A DNA stretch of 64,000 bases from Armatimonadota bacterium (lineage in GTDB: Bacteria; Armatimonadota; SYMT01), in contig JAWLHY010000007.1 in assembly GCA_041690135.1 (NCBI GenBank), positions 64,001 to 128,000 on the forward strand. The letters run 5' to 3'. Under the pieces are notes generated by a model, which saw nothing but the letters and a program-made list of their open reading frames with translations, had not been told where the DNA came from and did not search any database. Shown here piece by piece: positions 19,235 to 29,337 of this stretch; the first letter of the stretch is position 1; every line of letters starts with the position of its first letter. The translations under genes were made by a program, and so were the position numbers.

Positions 19235-19621
19235 ATGTCGCAGAAGTCCTCTGCCGGTCCCGCGGCGGATGCCGCCGTCGCGCAGCCTGGGGCCGGCCGC
19301 TCGGACCGAGAGCTTGCCTCCCTGTTGATGCGTCGGCAGGCCGCGCTGAGTATCCGGTCCGCCGCTGTATTCCTTATCGTCATTCTTGGGGTGCCGCTGG
19401 TCAACCATTTCGCGCGTGACCTGGGGCAAACGCCGGTGCTGGGCTTTCCCGCCTCATGGTTCCTGCTGGGCTTGCTCTTCTACCCCATCACCTGGGCGTT
19501 GTCCACCTACTTCGTGAAGGCTTCCGAAGCGCGGGAGGCGGAAGACGCGGCTTTTATCCGCTCCGAACGGCCGGATAGCGAGAAGAACAACGGCTCTGAC
19601 GGAAAGCGGGGCCGGAAATGA
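19235..19621 (+). CDS. Small 2-TM protein (DUF485/YjcH-like partner of the symporter)
   Basis: Two TM helices; stop overlaps the ATG of the next gene (ATGA). Confidence 0.75.
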   Translation: MSQKSSAGPAADAAVAQPGAGRSDRELASLLMRRQAALSIRSAAVFLIVILGVPLVNHFARDLGQTPVLGFPASWFLLGLLFYPITWALSTYFVKASEAREAEDAAFIRSERPDSEKNNGSDGKRGRK

Positions 19622-21591
19622 GCGCGCTCGAAATGATCCCCGTGGTGATGGTCGTGCTTGTGGTGATTGCCACGATTGCGCTCGGCCTCCACGCCACCCG
19701 CTTCTCCAAGAGCGCGAGCGACTTCTTCGTAGCGGGACGGTCGGTCAACGTCTTCTGGAACGCCTCCGCCATCTCGGGCGAATACCTTTCCGCGGCCTCA
19801 TTCATGGGTGTGGCCGGGCTGGTGATGCGGTTCGGGTACGACGTCCTCTGGTACCCCGTCGGCTACGCGACCGGCTACCTCTTCCTGCTCCTCTTCATCG
19901 CCGGGCCCTTGCGGCGGTTCGGGGCGTACACCATTCCCGACTTCGCGGAAGGCCGCTTCGGCAGCCCGCTGTTCCGGAAGATTGCGGTCACCTTCGTGCT
20001 CTTCATCGGCTTCTTCTACACGATGCCGCAGATGAAGGGCGCCGGCGTGGCCATGAACAGCATCTTCCACACTCCATACTGGGTAGGGGTGGTACTGGTG
20101 GGCGTGGTCATCTCCTTCAATGTGGCCCTGGGCGGAATGAAGGGGATCACGCTGGTCCAGGCGTTCCAGTACTGGCTGAAGATGTTCGCCATCTCCCTGC
20201 CCGCTTTCGTGCTGATGGCGGTGTTCGGGGGCTACGACCGGTTCGTGGGGACGGCCGTCGAGAAGCCGGGGGATTATCCCGCCTACCGGACGAACGTGCA
20301 GCGTACCTTCAAGCCCGGTGACAACCTGACCCTACCCCTCGATGACGAGTATCCCCTACGTTTCGTCACGGATACTTACCTGAAGAGTATCGGCCCGGCG
20401 CGGAAGCCGAAGGACGGGGAAGACCGCGTACTGCCGACCACGCTGGTTCGCCCCCTGGAGAACCGGGCGGCGAGTGGACCGAGCGGCGACTATAACGTGA
20501 TTTTCTTCCCAGCCGGATCCACGGCGACGTTCCGCACGGCCGAGGTCAAGCAGAATGGGGTGACGGTTTCGAACAGTGGCGTGGCCGTGGTCACCGCGGC
20601 GAAGCTGGAGTTCGACCGAGCAGCGACGGTGGAGTTCCAGGCGGGCGAGCCGGCGGCGGGTACGGTGACGAACAAGGTGTGGCTGGAGCCGTTCGGGGCT
20701 CTGACCAACAAGCACGGTTATCCGCTGCTCTATACCTTCTCGCTCATCATCAGCCTCATCTTCGGGACCGCGGGTCTCCCGCATATCCTCGTCCGGTTCT
20801 ACACCAACCCGGACGGCCGCTCCGCCAAGCGGACCACGCTGTGGGTGATGGTCTTGATTGGTGTCTTCTACATGTTTCCCGCGCTCTGGGGAGCCATGGG
20901 GCGTGAGTTGATGCCGGGCCTCTACGCCAACGGCAAGACGGACGCCGTGGTGGTGGTCCTGCCGGGCGTGCTGGGCGGGGTATGGGGTGAGGTGCTGAAA
21001 GGCGTGACGTGTGCCGGAGCGTTCGCGGCCTTTATGTCCACCTTCAGCGGACTGCTTGTTTCCATGTCCGGCGCGGTGGCCCACGATATTTACGGCAGCA
21101 TTCTCAAGCCGGATGCCACGCCCCAGCAGCGCCTCCTGGCCTTCAAGTGGGCCGCAGTGGTGGTGGGAGCACTGGCCACGGTCCTGGGGCTCCTGGCGGA
21201 GGGCTGGGACATCGCGATGCTCGTGGGTTGGGCCTTTGCCATCGCGGCCGCCAGTTACTTCCCGCTACTCCTCCTGGGAAGCTGGTGGCGGGGGCTCACG
21301 ATGAAGGGCGCCGCGGCCGGTATGCTGGGCGGCGGCCTCGCGAGCCTGGGCGCCATCGTCGCCACGATGCTCATCGACCGCAAGCTTTTGGCCTGGACCC
21401 CCGACCCGATCTTGCGCACGCTCATGGAACAGCCCGCGATCTGGGGGGTGCCGCTCTCACTGGCTCTGATGTGGCTGGTGAGCCAGGCCACGAAGGCGGA
21501 AGTCCCCAAGGACGTGGACACACTGATGCTTCGGCTCCACGCACCGGAAGAACTGGGAATGAGCAAGGACTACATCCCCGACGCGCACTAG
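19618..21591 (+). CDS. Cation/acetate symporter (ActP-like, SSS family)
   Basis: DFFVAGRS, NASAISGEYLSAASF, FGAYTIPDF, GTAGLPHILVRFYT, AFAIAAASYFP. Confidence 0.9.
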   Translation: MSALEMIPVVMVVLVVIATIALGLHATRFSKSASDFFVAGRSVNVFWNASAISGEYLSAASFMGVAGLVMRFGYDVLWYPVGYATGYLFLLLFIAGPLRRFGAYTIPDFAEGRFGSPLFRKIAVTFVLFIGFFYTMPQMKGAGVAMNSIFHTPYWVGVVLVGVVISFNVALGGMKGITLVQAFQYWLKMFAISLPAFVLMAVFGGYDRFVGTAVEKPGDYPAYRTNVQRTFKPGDNLTLPLDDEYPLRFVTDTYLKSIGPARKPKDGEDRVLPTTLVRPLENRAASGPSGDYNVIFFPAGSTATFRTAEVKQNGVTVSNSGVAVVTAAKLEFDRAATVEFQAGEPAAGTVTNKVWLEPFGALTNKHGYPLLYTFSLIISLIFGTAGLPHILVRFYTNPDGRSAKRTTLWVMVLIGVFYMFPALWGAMGRELMPGLYANGKTDAVVVVLPGVLGGVWGEVLKGVTCAGAFAAFMSTFSGLLVSMSGAVAHDIYGSILKPDATPQQRLLAFKWAAVVVGALATVLGLLAEGWDIAMLVGWAFAIAAASYFPLLLLGSWWRGLTMKGAAAGMLGGGLASLGAIVATMLIDRKLLAWTPDPILRTLMEQPAIWGVPLSLALMWLVSQATKAEVPKDVDTLMLRLHAPEELGMSKDYIPDAH

Positions 21592-21704
21592 AGATCGAAC
21601 GAGTCCGCTAGGGTGGGGTATAGTGCTACCGGGTCGAAGACGACGTTCGGCCCGGTAGCACCTTTGCGTACCGTCCCAATCGCTGGGCTACGGGGGAGGT
21701 CCGA

Positions 21705-22307
21705 ATGGACATTCAACGAATCATCGATCGGCTGCGGGAGCGGTCCCACATGCCGCTGTTCGTCGTCGAGGTGTGGGATCAGCAGGTCGACCAGGCGCTC
21801 CGGGAGGCCCGCACCGAGGAGTTGTTCGGGGGCCGGGAGATCCGGAACCCAACCATGGCCGCGGCGGCATTGGCCGGTTTGCATCTCTGGAACGATAACT
21901 TCACCGGCAGCCACAACCTCTGCCAGGGGATCGACACACCCACCGGCAGCTATTGGCACGGTCTGTGCCACCGGCGTGAGGGGCATCGGGGGGAGGGATT
22001 GCAGAGCAACCTGGGGAACGCCAAGTACTGGTTCCGCCGGGTGGGGGAGCACCTTGCCTTCGACCCCGTCTATCGCAGCGCGCTCACAGTCCTGAATCAG
22101 AGCGCCACTGGCTTTCGCTGGGCCGTGGAAGCCGCCGACCAGCTGCACGCCCAACACCGTTGGGATCCCATTCGTGTGATCGACTGGTTCGGCCAGTGCG
22201 ATGCGGGCGTGCTCTCACCCCAGGCGCAGGCGCTCCTTGAAGAGATCCAGTGGCGCGAGATCGATATTCTCGTCGACTGGTGCGTAGAGCAGGCGCTGGG
22301 GAGTTAA
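21705..22307 (+). CDS. Conserved hypothetical protein (YWHG..HRREG...NAKYWFRR)
   Basis: GGAGG RBS; His/Trp-rich conserved-looking motifs; typical codon usage. Confidence 0.75.
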   Translation: MDIQRIIDRLRERSHMPLFVVEVWDQQVDQALREARTEELFGGREIRNPTMAAAALAGLHLWNDNFTGSHNLCQGIDTPTGSYWHGLCHRREGHRGEGLQSNLGNAKYWFRRVGEHLAFDPVYRSALTVLNQSATGFRWAVEAADQLHAQHRWDPIRVIDWFGQCDAGVLSPQAQALLEEIQWREIDILVDWCVEQALGS

Positions 22308-22316
22308 TAAGCGGCT

Positions 22317-22583
22317 TTAGGGCTCCCCTGCCTGGTCGACCTCTTCTTCCACGATCGCCACCACGTGGACATCGTCCGCGCCGGCCGCGACCATGTAGAA
22401 GATGCGATAGCAGGGATCCACCCAGAAGGTACGGCAGCCGGGGTAACGTTCATCCTCCGACATGGCGTACATGCGCGGCATATCCGCGAGGTAGTCCAGC
22501 CGCTGTTCCACCCCATCGCGGATCGCCTCCGGCAGCACCGAAAGGAGATGCTGGGCCTGTTCCGAACACGTTACGAGCGCCAA
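22317..22583 (-). CDS. RelE/ParE-like small protein, no adjacent antitoxin
   Basis: Pattern V..SE.A...L..LP..IR....RL..LA..P...YPGCR....YRIFY.V.....VHVVAI fits the RelE/ParE fold; GGAG RBS. Confidence 0.55.
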   Translation of the reverse strand: MALVTCSEQAQHLLSVLPEAIRDGVEQRLDYLADMPRMYAMSEDERYPGCRTFWVDPCYRIFYMVAAGADDVHVVAIVEEEVDQAGEP

Positions 22584-22914
22584 GTTCTTCTCCCGCCGGA
22601 CGTCCCAGCCCGACCGAGACTGGAATCGGGTGGCGTCCTACGTCGGATGCTATGTTACCCCATCGAATGCCGTTCTGAAAGGCGAAAGTGGCGGTCGGGA
22701 AGCGCTTCCCTCGTGATGGTGATCGTCCCTTCGCCTGGCTCTTGTGATCGTTATCGTGATCGAAACTCCTGCACGCGGGACGCCCGCGTTCCTTTTCCCC
22801 AAACAGTGGGAACCGGGTTGATCCCCGCCGGGTCTCTCTCCTCGTAACACGGATGACCGGCAACCTGGATGCCGCTCGCGGACTGAGGGTCCGAGGAAAG
22901 GTGGGACGATCCCT

Positions 22915-23760
22915 ATGAACAAGAATGCAGCACGGATGGCAGCGCCGATCCTCGCCGCCACCCTGGGGTTGAGCGGGGTGGCCCAGGCGCAGAGCGGACC
23001 GCGGGATATCCCGATGGATACGGTGATCCGGTTGGAGCTTTCGGAGAACCTGAATAGCCGGACCGCCCGCCGTGGAGACCAGTTTGGAGCCCGTTTGGCG
23101 GCGAGTGACCGGAGCGGCTTCCCGGAGCGGACCCGGTTCGAAGGCTCGGTGATCGATGTGCGCCGGGCATCCAAGGACCAACCGGGCCTGCTGGGGGTGA
23201 AGATCCACCGGGCCATCCTTCCCGACGGCGCCCTGGTGCCGGTGAACGGGACCCTCGCCAGCCTGGATGCCGGCGATGTCCGGCGCACGGGCCAGGGCCG
23301 CATCGAGGCGCGGAAGGGCTCAAGCGGGAAGATGGACCTCAAGTGGGTCGGCTACGGTGCGGCGGGCGGCGCCGTGCTGGGGACGATCCTGGGAGATGGC
23401 GGCGACCTCTTCAAAGGGGCCCTGCTGGGCGCCCTGGGCGGTGCGGCCTACAGCTATCTCAATAAGGATAAGGGCGGCGACCGTCGCGCGGGTGACGTCA
23501 GCCTGGCGCGCGGGACAGAGTTCGGAGTCCGGGTTCACCACCGCGTGACGTTCCGCGACACCGGCCGGTACCGCTACGCGTCGCAATACGACGATTACGA
23601 TCGCGATCGCTACGCCGATGACGACCGCTATGAACAGGATCGCCGGTACGACGACCGGGAGCGGGACGCTCGCTACGACGAGCGGGACCGCCGTTACGAT
23701 GAGCGCGAGCGTGATCGCCGCTATGAAGAACGGGAGTACGAGCGAAGCTCTGGTCGTTAG
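22915..23760 (+). CDS. Secreted protein with beta-barrel (TrbI/VirB10-like) region, glycine zipper and D/E/R/Y-rich tail
   Basis: Signal peptide; IP.DT.I.L.L...LNS..AR.GD.F; GAAGGAVLG..LG; repeated DRRYDERE C-terminus. Confidence 0.75.
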   Translation: MNKNAARMAAPILAATLGLSGVAQAQSGPRDIPMDTVIRLELSENLNSRTARRGDQFGARLAASDRSGFPERTRFEGSVIDVRRASKDQPGLLGVKIHRAILPDGALVPVNGTLASLDAGDVRRTGQGRIEARKGSSGKMDLKWVGYGAAGGAVLGTILGDGGDLFKGALLGALGGAAYSYLNKDKGGDRRAGDVSLARGTEFGVRVHHRVTFRDTGRYRYASQYDDYDRDRYADDDRYEQDRRYDDRERDARYDERDRRYDERERDRRYEEREYERSSGR

Positions 23761-23797
23761 TGGTTAAGCCACCTACGGCCCGTCCAGTCGGAATCGA

Positions 23798-23840
23798 GAG
23801 AGCGGGGGGTGTCCAGGAGGGCACCCCCCGCTCTCCTTTC
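23798..23840. terminator. Hairpin between convergent genes
   Basis: GAGAGCGGGGGGTGTCC-AGGA-GGGCACCCCCCGCTCTC followed by CTTTC. Confidence 0.6.
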
Positions 23841-23878
23841 TGCCGATGCCGGCAAGCCATCCAAAATTCGAATGGGTT

Positions 23879-24379
23879 CTAGGAGCCAGGTGTGTTGCCG
23901 GTGAATTCCCAGGGAGCATCACCCTTGTTGTAGACCTCGAAGGTTCCCTGCTGCACTTCCGGAAGTTCCTTCGTGTGGAAGAGGTTCAGGACGGCGGTCT
24001 TTCCACTCTTCGGATCGACCCAGGCCGCATCAAAAAGATCGGTGGGGCCGGCGGGCACGTCCATCGTTACCCACTCCCGCTGACCCGGGTCCTCGGAATT
24101 GGTGGGCTGCAGCTTTTCCCACCCCCGCCCCAGCAGGTCCCGGTCGTAGTGCTCCACCACGGCCATGGAATGTTTTTCGACCCGGACCCGGAATTCGGCG
24201 TCGCGGTCGGTGGGGAGATCCTTGATCATCGCCATCCCCTGCTCGCGCTTCGGCCGGGACGAAGTCGCGCCGCCTTCGGGTTCGGCACCGCGTCCCTGCG
24301 GTGCCGAGGTGCGCGGTCCACAACCTCCCACGATGAGGCCAGCCACGAGGATAGGTAAGAATACAGAAAGCTTGGGCAT
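23879..24379 (-). CDS. Hypothetical lipoprotein
   Basis: Hydrophobic signal with lipobox-like VGGC. Confidence 0.65.
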   Translation of the reverse strand: MPKLSVFLPILVAGLIVGGCGPRTSAPQGRGAEPEGGATSSRPKREQGMAMIKDLPTDRDAEFRVRVEKHSMAVVEHYDRDLLGRGWEKLQPTNSEDPGQREWVTMDVPAGPTDLFDAAWVDPKSGKTAVLNLFHTKELPEVQQGTFEVYNKGDAPWEFTGNTPGS

Positions 24380-24928
24380 TACAAAACGGCTCTTCGCGTC
24401 AGGGGTCTCACGGGGTCCACGGCTACTGAACGAGACCTTTCTCCGAGCTTAACACCCAATCATGTACGAAGTCGCAGCCCGCGCGCCAGTCCGAGGTTCG
24501 GAAATAGCGGTTGTGGTGGATGCCGGATTACGGACTCCCACCCCGCTTTGTGTGCGGGCGGGGTTCACCGGAACTTCTGCTGCGAAACGTGCACTTCTCC
24601 AGTGCCCTCCGAACGCAGCATGGCGCGAGAGGGGAGGCCAGACGCTCGTCCGGCTTGTAGTAGCGTGGCTTTAGCCCCCGTCCTCTTGCGCGCCAGGCCC
24701 ACGGGCCTGTCCCGCATTCCGGACGGTATTGGAGTGCAAAAAGGGGAGTCCGGACGCCAGTCTGGGGTTCGGCCCGGTAGTCGTAAAGTGAACCGAGCCC
24801 GAACCCCGGACTCCCACCTCGCGCCAAAGTGGGAGGACAAACCCAGAGCCGCAGTGACACAAAGGCTTATCTCTGCGGCCAATCCCCGCATCACGTGCCT
24901 GAAGCAGGGGCCGAAGAGGCAGCCATTC

Positions 24929-24963
24929 CCCCGACCCCCAATCCCTGGCCCCTAACCCCCCAA
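24929..24963. repeat. Degenerate heptamer tandem repeat (CCCCGAC CCCCAAT CCCTGGC CCCTAAC CCCCAAC)
   Basis: Five 7-bp units directly next to the purH stop codon. Confidence 0.8.
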
Positions 24964-24964
24964 C

Positions 24965-26590
24965 TTAATGCCGGAAATGCCGCGCGCCGGTGAAGACCAT
25001 CGCCACGCCGTACTGGTTGCAGACCGCCACCGCGTCGTCATCCCGCTTGGAGCCGCCGGGTTGGATGATGGCCTTGACTCCGGACTTGGCCAGGGCTTCC
25101 GGTCCGTCCGGCATCGGGAAGTAGGCGTCGCTGGCGCAGACGGCCCCCTCGGCGCGGTAGCCGGCCATCGCCACGGCCAACTCGCTGGATTGCGCTCGGT
25201 TGGTCTGCCCACCCCCGAGACCGATCAACTGCAGGTCCTTCGCCAGCACGACGGCGTTGGACTTGACGTGGCGGACCACCTTCCAGGCGAACAGCAGGTC
25301 CGCCAGTTCCGCCTCGGTGGGAGCCCGGTCGGTCACCACCTGGAGATCGGCTGCAAGCTGGTCGCGGAGGTCGCGCTCCTGAACCAGGAGCCCACCGACC
25401 ACACGCTTCAGGTCGAGGCCGGCCAGGCCGGTGGCGGAGTCCTTCAGCGAGGCGTAAGGGGGCAGCGGATCGATCTCCAGCAGGCGGACATTCTCTCCCC
25501 AGATCTGCCGGTTGCGGAAGAGCTCCAGCGCCTCTTCGGAGAATCCGGGCGCGATGATGCACTCGTAGTAGCTCTTCGGCGCGATGATCAGGTTCGCGGT
25601 CTCCGCATCGATCGGCCGGTTGCAGGCGATGATGCCGCCGAAGCGAGATCCCGGAGGGTTGAAGGGGGGCAGCTCGCCGTCACGCGCCAGCTCGTACGCC
25701 CGCGCCAGCGTGTCGGCCACGCCGCAGCCGCACGGGTTGGTGTGCTTGATGATGGAGCAGGCCGGGCGGTCGAATTCTTTGACCAGCTCCAGCGCGGCGT
25801 CCATATCCAGGATATTGATGAACGACAGCGCCTTGCCGTGGAGCTGTCGGGCCGTGGAAACGCTCGGCTCGCGACGCTGCGGGTCCACGTAGAATGCAGC
25901 CGCCTGGTGCGGGTTCTCTCCGTAGCGGAGATCCTGCACCTTTTCGAAGTGCAGGTCGAGTTGCGCCGGGAACTGGGGTGCCGCTTCGGACGCCGGCTCG
26001 AGCTGGCCGGCCAGGTAGGCGGCGATGTGCCCGTCATAGGCCGCGGTGTGCGCAAATGCCTTCTGCGCCAGGCGGCGGCGAGTGCCCAGAGTGGTCTCGC
26101 CGTTGTTCTGACGGAGCTCTGCCAGCACCTGGTCGTAATCCTCCGCTTCGGTCACTACAGTGACGGACGTGTGGTTCTTGGACGCGGAGCGGATCATCGA
26201 AGGACCGCCGATGTCGATGTTTTCGATGGCATCTTCAAAGGCGCAGTCGGGCCGGGCCACGGTTTTCGCGAACGGGTAGAGGTTCACGGCGACCAGGTCG
26301 ATCGGCCGGTAACCGGCCCCGGCGAGTTGCTCCATGTGGTCGGCCTTGCTGCGGTCCGCCAGGAGACCGCCGTGGATGGCGGGGTGAAGCGTTTTCACCC
26401 GGCCTTCCATCATCTCCGGAAACCCGGTCACCTGTTCCACAGGGGTCACCGGCACCCCAGCTTCCTGGAGGGCCCGGGCCGTGCCACCCGTTGAAAGGAT
26501 CTCCACACCCAACTCGTGGAGCCCCTTTGCGAACTCCACCACTCCCGTCTTATCCGAAACGCTGATCAGCGCACGCTGTACCTGAGCCAA
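24965..26590 (-). CDS. purH: Bifunctional AICAR transformylase/IMP cyclohydrolase
   Basis: TTG start 26590 after GAGGA; RALISVSDKTG, GRVKTLHP, IDIGGPSM, LRYGENPHQ, KHTNPCG, HVKSNA, FTGARHFRH; the track's longer N-terminus is repeat-derived. Confidence 0.97.
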   Translation of the reverse strand: MAQVQRALISVSDKTGVVEFAKGLHELGVEILSTGGTARALQEAGVPVTPVEQVTGFPEMMEGRVKTLHPAIHGGLLADRSKADHMEQLAGAGYRPIDLVAVNLYPFAKTVARPDCAFEDAIENIDIGGPSMIRSASKNHTSVTVVTEAEDYDQVLAELRQNNGETTLGTRRRLAQKAFAHTAAYDGHIAAYLAGQLEPASEAAPQFPAQLDLHFEKVQDLRYGENPHQAAAFYVDPQRREPSVSTARQLHGKALSFINILDMDAALELVKEFDRPACSIIKHTNPCGCGVADTLARAYELARDGELPPFNPPGSRFGGIIACNRPIDAETANLIIAPKSYYECIIAPGFSEEALELFRNRQIWGENVRLLEIDPLPPYASLKDSATGLAGLDLKRVVGGLLVQERDLRDQLAADLQVVTDRAPTEAELADLLFAWKVVRHVKSNAVVLAKDLQLIGLGGGQTNRAQSSELAVAMAGYRAEGAVCASDAYFPMPDGPEALAKSGVKAIIQPGGSKRDDDAVAVCNQYGVAMVFTGARHFRH

Positions 26591-26605
26591 GGTCCCATCC
26601 TCGAA

Positions 26606-26675
26606 GTTGAAGGTTGAAAGTTGAAGGTTGAAAGTTGAAGGTTGAAAGTTGAAGGTTGAAGGTTGAAGGTTGAAG
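26606..26675. repeat. Heptamer tandem array (GTTGAAR)x10
   Basis: Ten contiguous GTTGAA[G/A] units; first six alternate G/A. Confidence 0.97.
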
Positions 26676-26899
26676 GTTAAGGGGCGGAAGCGATTGGGCG
26701 GGTCCCTCTCGGAGCCCAGAGGCTGCACACCCAGCGGGCCGGGGGTGAGGTCACGGTGGTCAACGCAACCGCCAACACTGACGCACATGCCCCGACCGAT
26801 CAGGCCAACAAGAGGGGATGCCAAGCGAAGACGTCCAACTCTCGGCCACCACCCCCGCAGTCCGAACCCCCGAGCACCTGTACCTTCACGCCCCAAATG

Positions 26900-26978
26900 G
26901 GCGCCCAACGCCCAATGTCCGAAAGCCCGACTGCCCGGCACCCGAACACCGGAGCACCCGAACACCCCAGCGCCCCCT
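26900..26978. repeat. Degenerate 7/8-mer repeats (GCCCAAC / CACCCGAA family)
   Basis: gcccaacgcccaatg...cacccgaacaccggagcacccgaacacccc; same family recurs at 46095-46195. Confidence 0.7.
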
Positions 26979-26980
26979 AA

Positions 26981-28843
26981 CTATATCCTCTTATGGTAGA
27001 CCCACCACTCGATGCCGAGCACCACCAGGGCGAGAATTACCAGCCAGCGCCAGAACTCGCGGGCCGTCCTGACCGTCCCGCTTCCGGCGAGCACCGGCCG
27101 GCGTCCGAATTGGAGCGCGTCCTTTGGGTCCGTCTGGGATTCGTCACGGCTGAGGAGGTTGATGGCGAACTCCTGCCGGACGCCTTTGCCAGTGACGGCG
27201 TAGATGCCGCGGCGCTCGGTATCGGAGAAATAGGCGACCTTCCCCTCCGGTTTCAACGTCGCTTTGCGGCCGTCCGGCGTGGTGACCGTGAGCTCCGACA
27301 CGCCGGCGGGGACCTCGATGGGGGCAGACTGCCCGGCCATCAACTGAAGCCCTTCCGTACGGCCGGGGCGGGCGGCGAGCCATTGGACCAGGTTGTTGAA
27401 GAAGATCGGGAAGGCAACCCGCAGTGGGAATTCCGTCTTGAGGAGCGGGAAGCCGACATAGGCGCTCTTGACCCCACCCTTTTCACCGACCGCCATCACC
27501 GCGCCACCCTCATGTTCTGCGAGACCCACCCCCCAGGGCTTGAGGTCCGCGGTACGGGCTTCCGCCAGGTTGAGCTGGTTCAGTTTGACATACCGCATGA
27601 TCGGGTGGGCGCGCCGCCAATCGAGTACGGTCGCGTTCGTGGTGACGCTCTTCAGTTCTACGGGTGCGGTAGGCCCGCCGCAGTTGATGTAAAGGTGGTT
27701 GCCGGGGCCGGGCTGCTTCGGGCCCTGGTTCTCGAAGATCACCACGTCGAACCCATCTTGCCCGTTGTAGGCCTCCGGGGTGACTTTGGAGATCTGGACG
27801 TTGGGGTCGACGTTCAGCGCGTTTTCCAGGTAGAGGTTGCCCTGGGTGACCAGGAGAACGTTGACTTCCCGCCGTGTAGAAAGCTGCGCATACGCCTCGT
27901 TATCGGCCTCCAGGTCATCCTGGATGTCCAGGCGGGCCCGCAGGATGCCGTTGGTCTCCGGCAGGTTGGTGAAGACCTCCGCCTTCTCACTAAAGCCGTC
28001 GACTTTATCCGCGGCGGGCAGATCGACCGGCCTCACGTCGATCAGGGCATCGTCACGGTAGAACTCGATGTTTCCCTTCCGGGGCTCGTTACTGAAGTTG
28101 CGCACCGCCACGAACAACTGATAGCCGCCTTCGTCCTGGAACATCCGGCGGACGTCCATGGCGACGATGCCCACGTTTTCGGAGCGGGTCCCTACCTTGA
28201 CGAATTCGATCCCGGCTCCGCGGGTATCGAGGTCTTCCAAGTCGCCGAACGCCCCGTCGGAAATCACATAGATCCGCCGCTCCCCCCGCATAATGCTGCT
28301 GGCTACCGTACTGGAGGCCAGCAGGAGAGCATCCCGCAGGTTGGTGGTGGTGTCCTGCGCTTCGGCGCGGCGAATGGCCCGGCGGAGCTCGTTCTGGTTG
28401 CTGGTGAGCGAAGTCAACCGATGGGTGCGGCTCGTCGCCAGCACGATCATCATCCGGTCGCCTCCGCGCATCTGGCCGACCATCCGGAGCGCGGTCTCCT
28501 TGGCCGCCTCGAAACGGCTGCCCCTGGCATCCCGGCTCTGCATACTTGCGGAGCCGTCCAGGATGAGGACGACGTTCTTGCCTCCGAGGGAGTTGACGAA
28601 GATCGCCGGGCGCGCCAGGGCGAGGATAGCCAGGGTCGCGATGAGCAACTGCAGGAATAGTAGCAGGTTCTTTTTCAGCTTCTGGAAGGGGGCATTCGCC
28701 TGCACATCCTTGACGAGATGGTTCCAGAGCAGTACGGAACTGACGGTGACTTCTCGCCGCTTCAGCTTCAGCAGGTAAAAGAAGACGATGACCGGCAGGA
28801 GAACCAGCAGCCAGAAGAGATGAAGTGGATCGAAAAGCGTCAT
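26981..28843 (-). CDS. BatA-N + vWA domain membrane protein
   Basis: N-terminal BatA-type TM (FYLLKLKRR..VSS.LLW...LALARP), MIDAS DGSASM, ISDG, C-terminal EFWRWL..LALVVLGIEWW. Confidence 0.88.
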   Translation of the reverse strand: MTLFDPLHLFWLLVLLPVIVFFYLLKLKRREVTVSSVLLWNHLVKDVQANAPFQKLKKNLLLFLQLLIATLAILALARPAIFVNSLGGKNVVLILDGSASMQSRDARGSRFEAAKETALRMVGQMRGGDRMMIVLATSRTHRLTSLTSNQNELRRAIRRAEAQDTTTNLRDALLLASSTVASSIMRGERRIYVISDGAFGDLEDLDTRGAGIEFVKVGTRSENVGIVAMDVRRMFQDEGGYQLFVAVRNFSNEPRKGNIEFYRDDALIDVRPVDLPAADKVDGFSEKAEVFTNLPETNGILRARLDIQDDLEADNEAYAQLSTRREVNVLLVTQGNLYLENALNVDPNVQISKVTPEAYNGQDGFDVVIFENQGPKQPGPGNHLYINCGGPTAPVELKSVTTNATVLDWRRAHPIMRYVKLNQLNLAEARTADLKPWGVGLAEHEGGAVMAVGEKGGVKSAYVGFPLLKTEFPLRVAFPIFFNNLVQWLAARPGRTEGLQLMAGQSAPIEVPAGVSELTVTTPDGRKATLKPEGKVAYFSDTERRGIYAVTGKGVRQEFAINLLSRDESQTDPKDALQFGRRPVLAGSGTVRTAREFWRWLVILALVVLGIEWWVYHKRI

Positions 28844-29337
28844 GGCGATCGGCGGGTTCCGCTTGTGTTCTCCCGAATCCAGGGCGAGGGGTGGAAAGTC
28901 GCGGTTTGCGGTATTCCCTATAGCAAAACGCCTGGGACCGGTTTCCGGTTATCCTCCGGCAAATCCGTTCGGACCGTCACAGGTCATTGTAGCAGTCTCC
29001 TCCATGAGCTACTACGCGATGCGTACCGAATACCTCTCGGTTCGGTGGCAATTCCCAGTTCCGGGCGGGATTGTGGAAAAGGGGCGGCCCGTTAGGACCG
29101 CCCCTGAAGGGTGTGTGCAGTTTGGAAGTTGCTGGTGCTGGCAGCCCCTTTTCCATTTGTTCCTGCGTGCGGCCCTCGGCGCCGGCGCCGGAACTACAGG
29201 CATTACTGGAGGGGTGAGCACCACGGGCCGGTGGGAGAGTGGATCTGCTTCCTGACCGTCCGAAAAGGCTTTCGGCGTGCGCAACCTGGCTCCCGCCAAT
29301 GGGTAACCCAGTGGTGCGCGCGCTCGACCGTAGGCAA

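Noticed and set aside
23585-23745. Repeat DNA at the 3' end of 22915..23760
   Set aside because: Explained by the in-frame DRRYDERE low-complexity protein tail
26700-26800. Possible ZMP/ZTP (pfl) riboswitch upstream of purH
   Set aside because: Only fragments (TGGCGG, ACCAC, GCTGGG) resemble the motif; the paired stems and GCC...GCCTGGG 3' hairpin could not be built
26591-26965. 125-aa N-terminal extension of PurH in the ORF track
   Set aside because: It is a translation of the heptamer repeats; homology and an RBS start at TTG 26590
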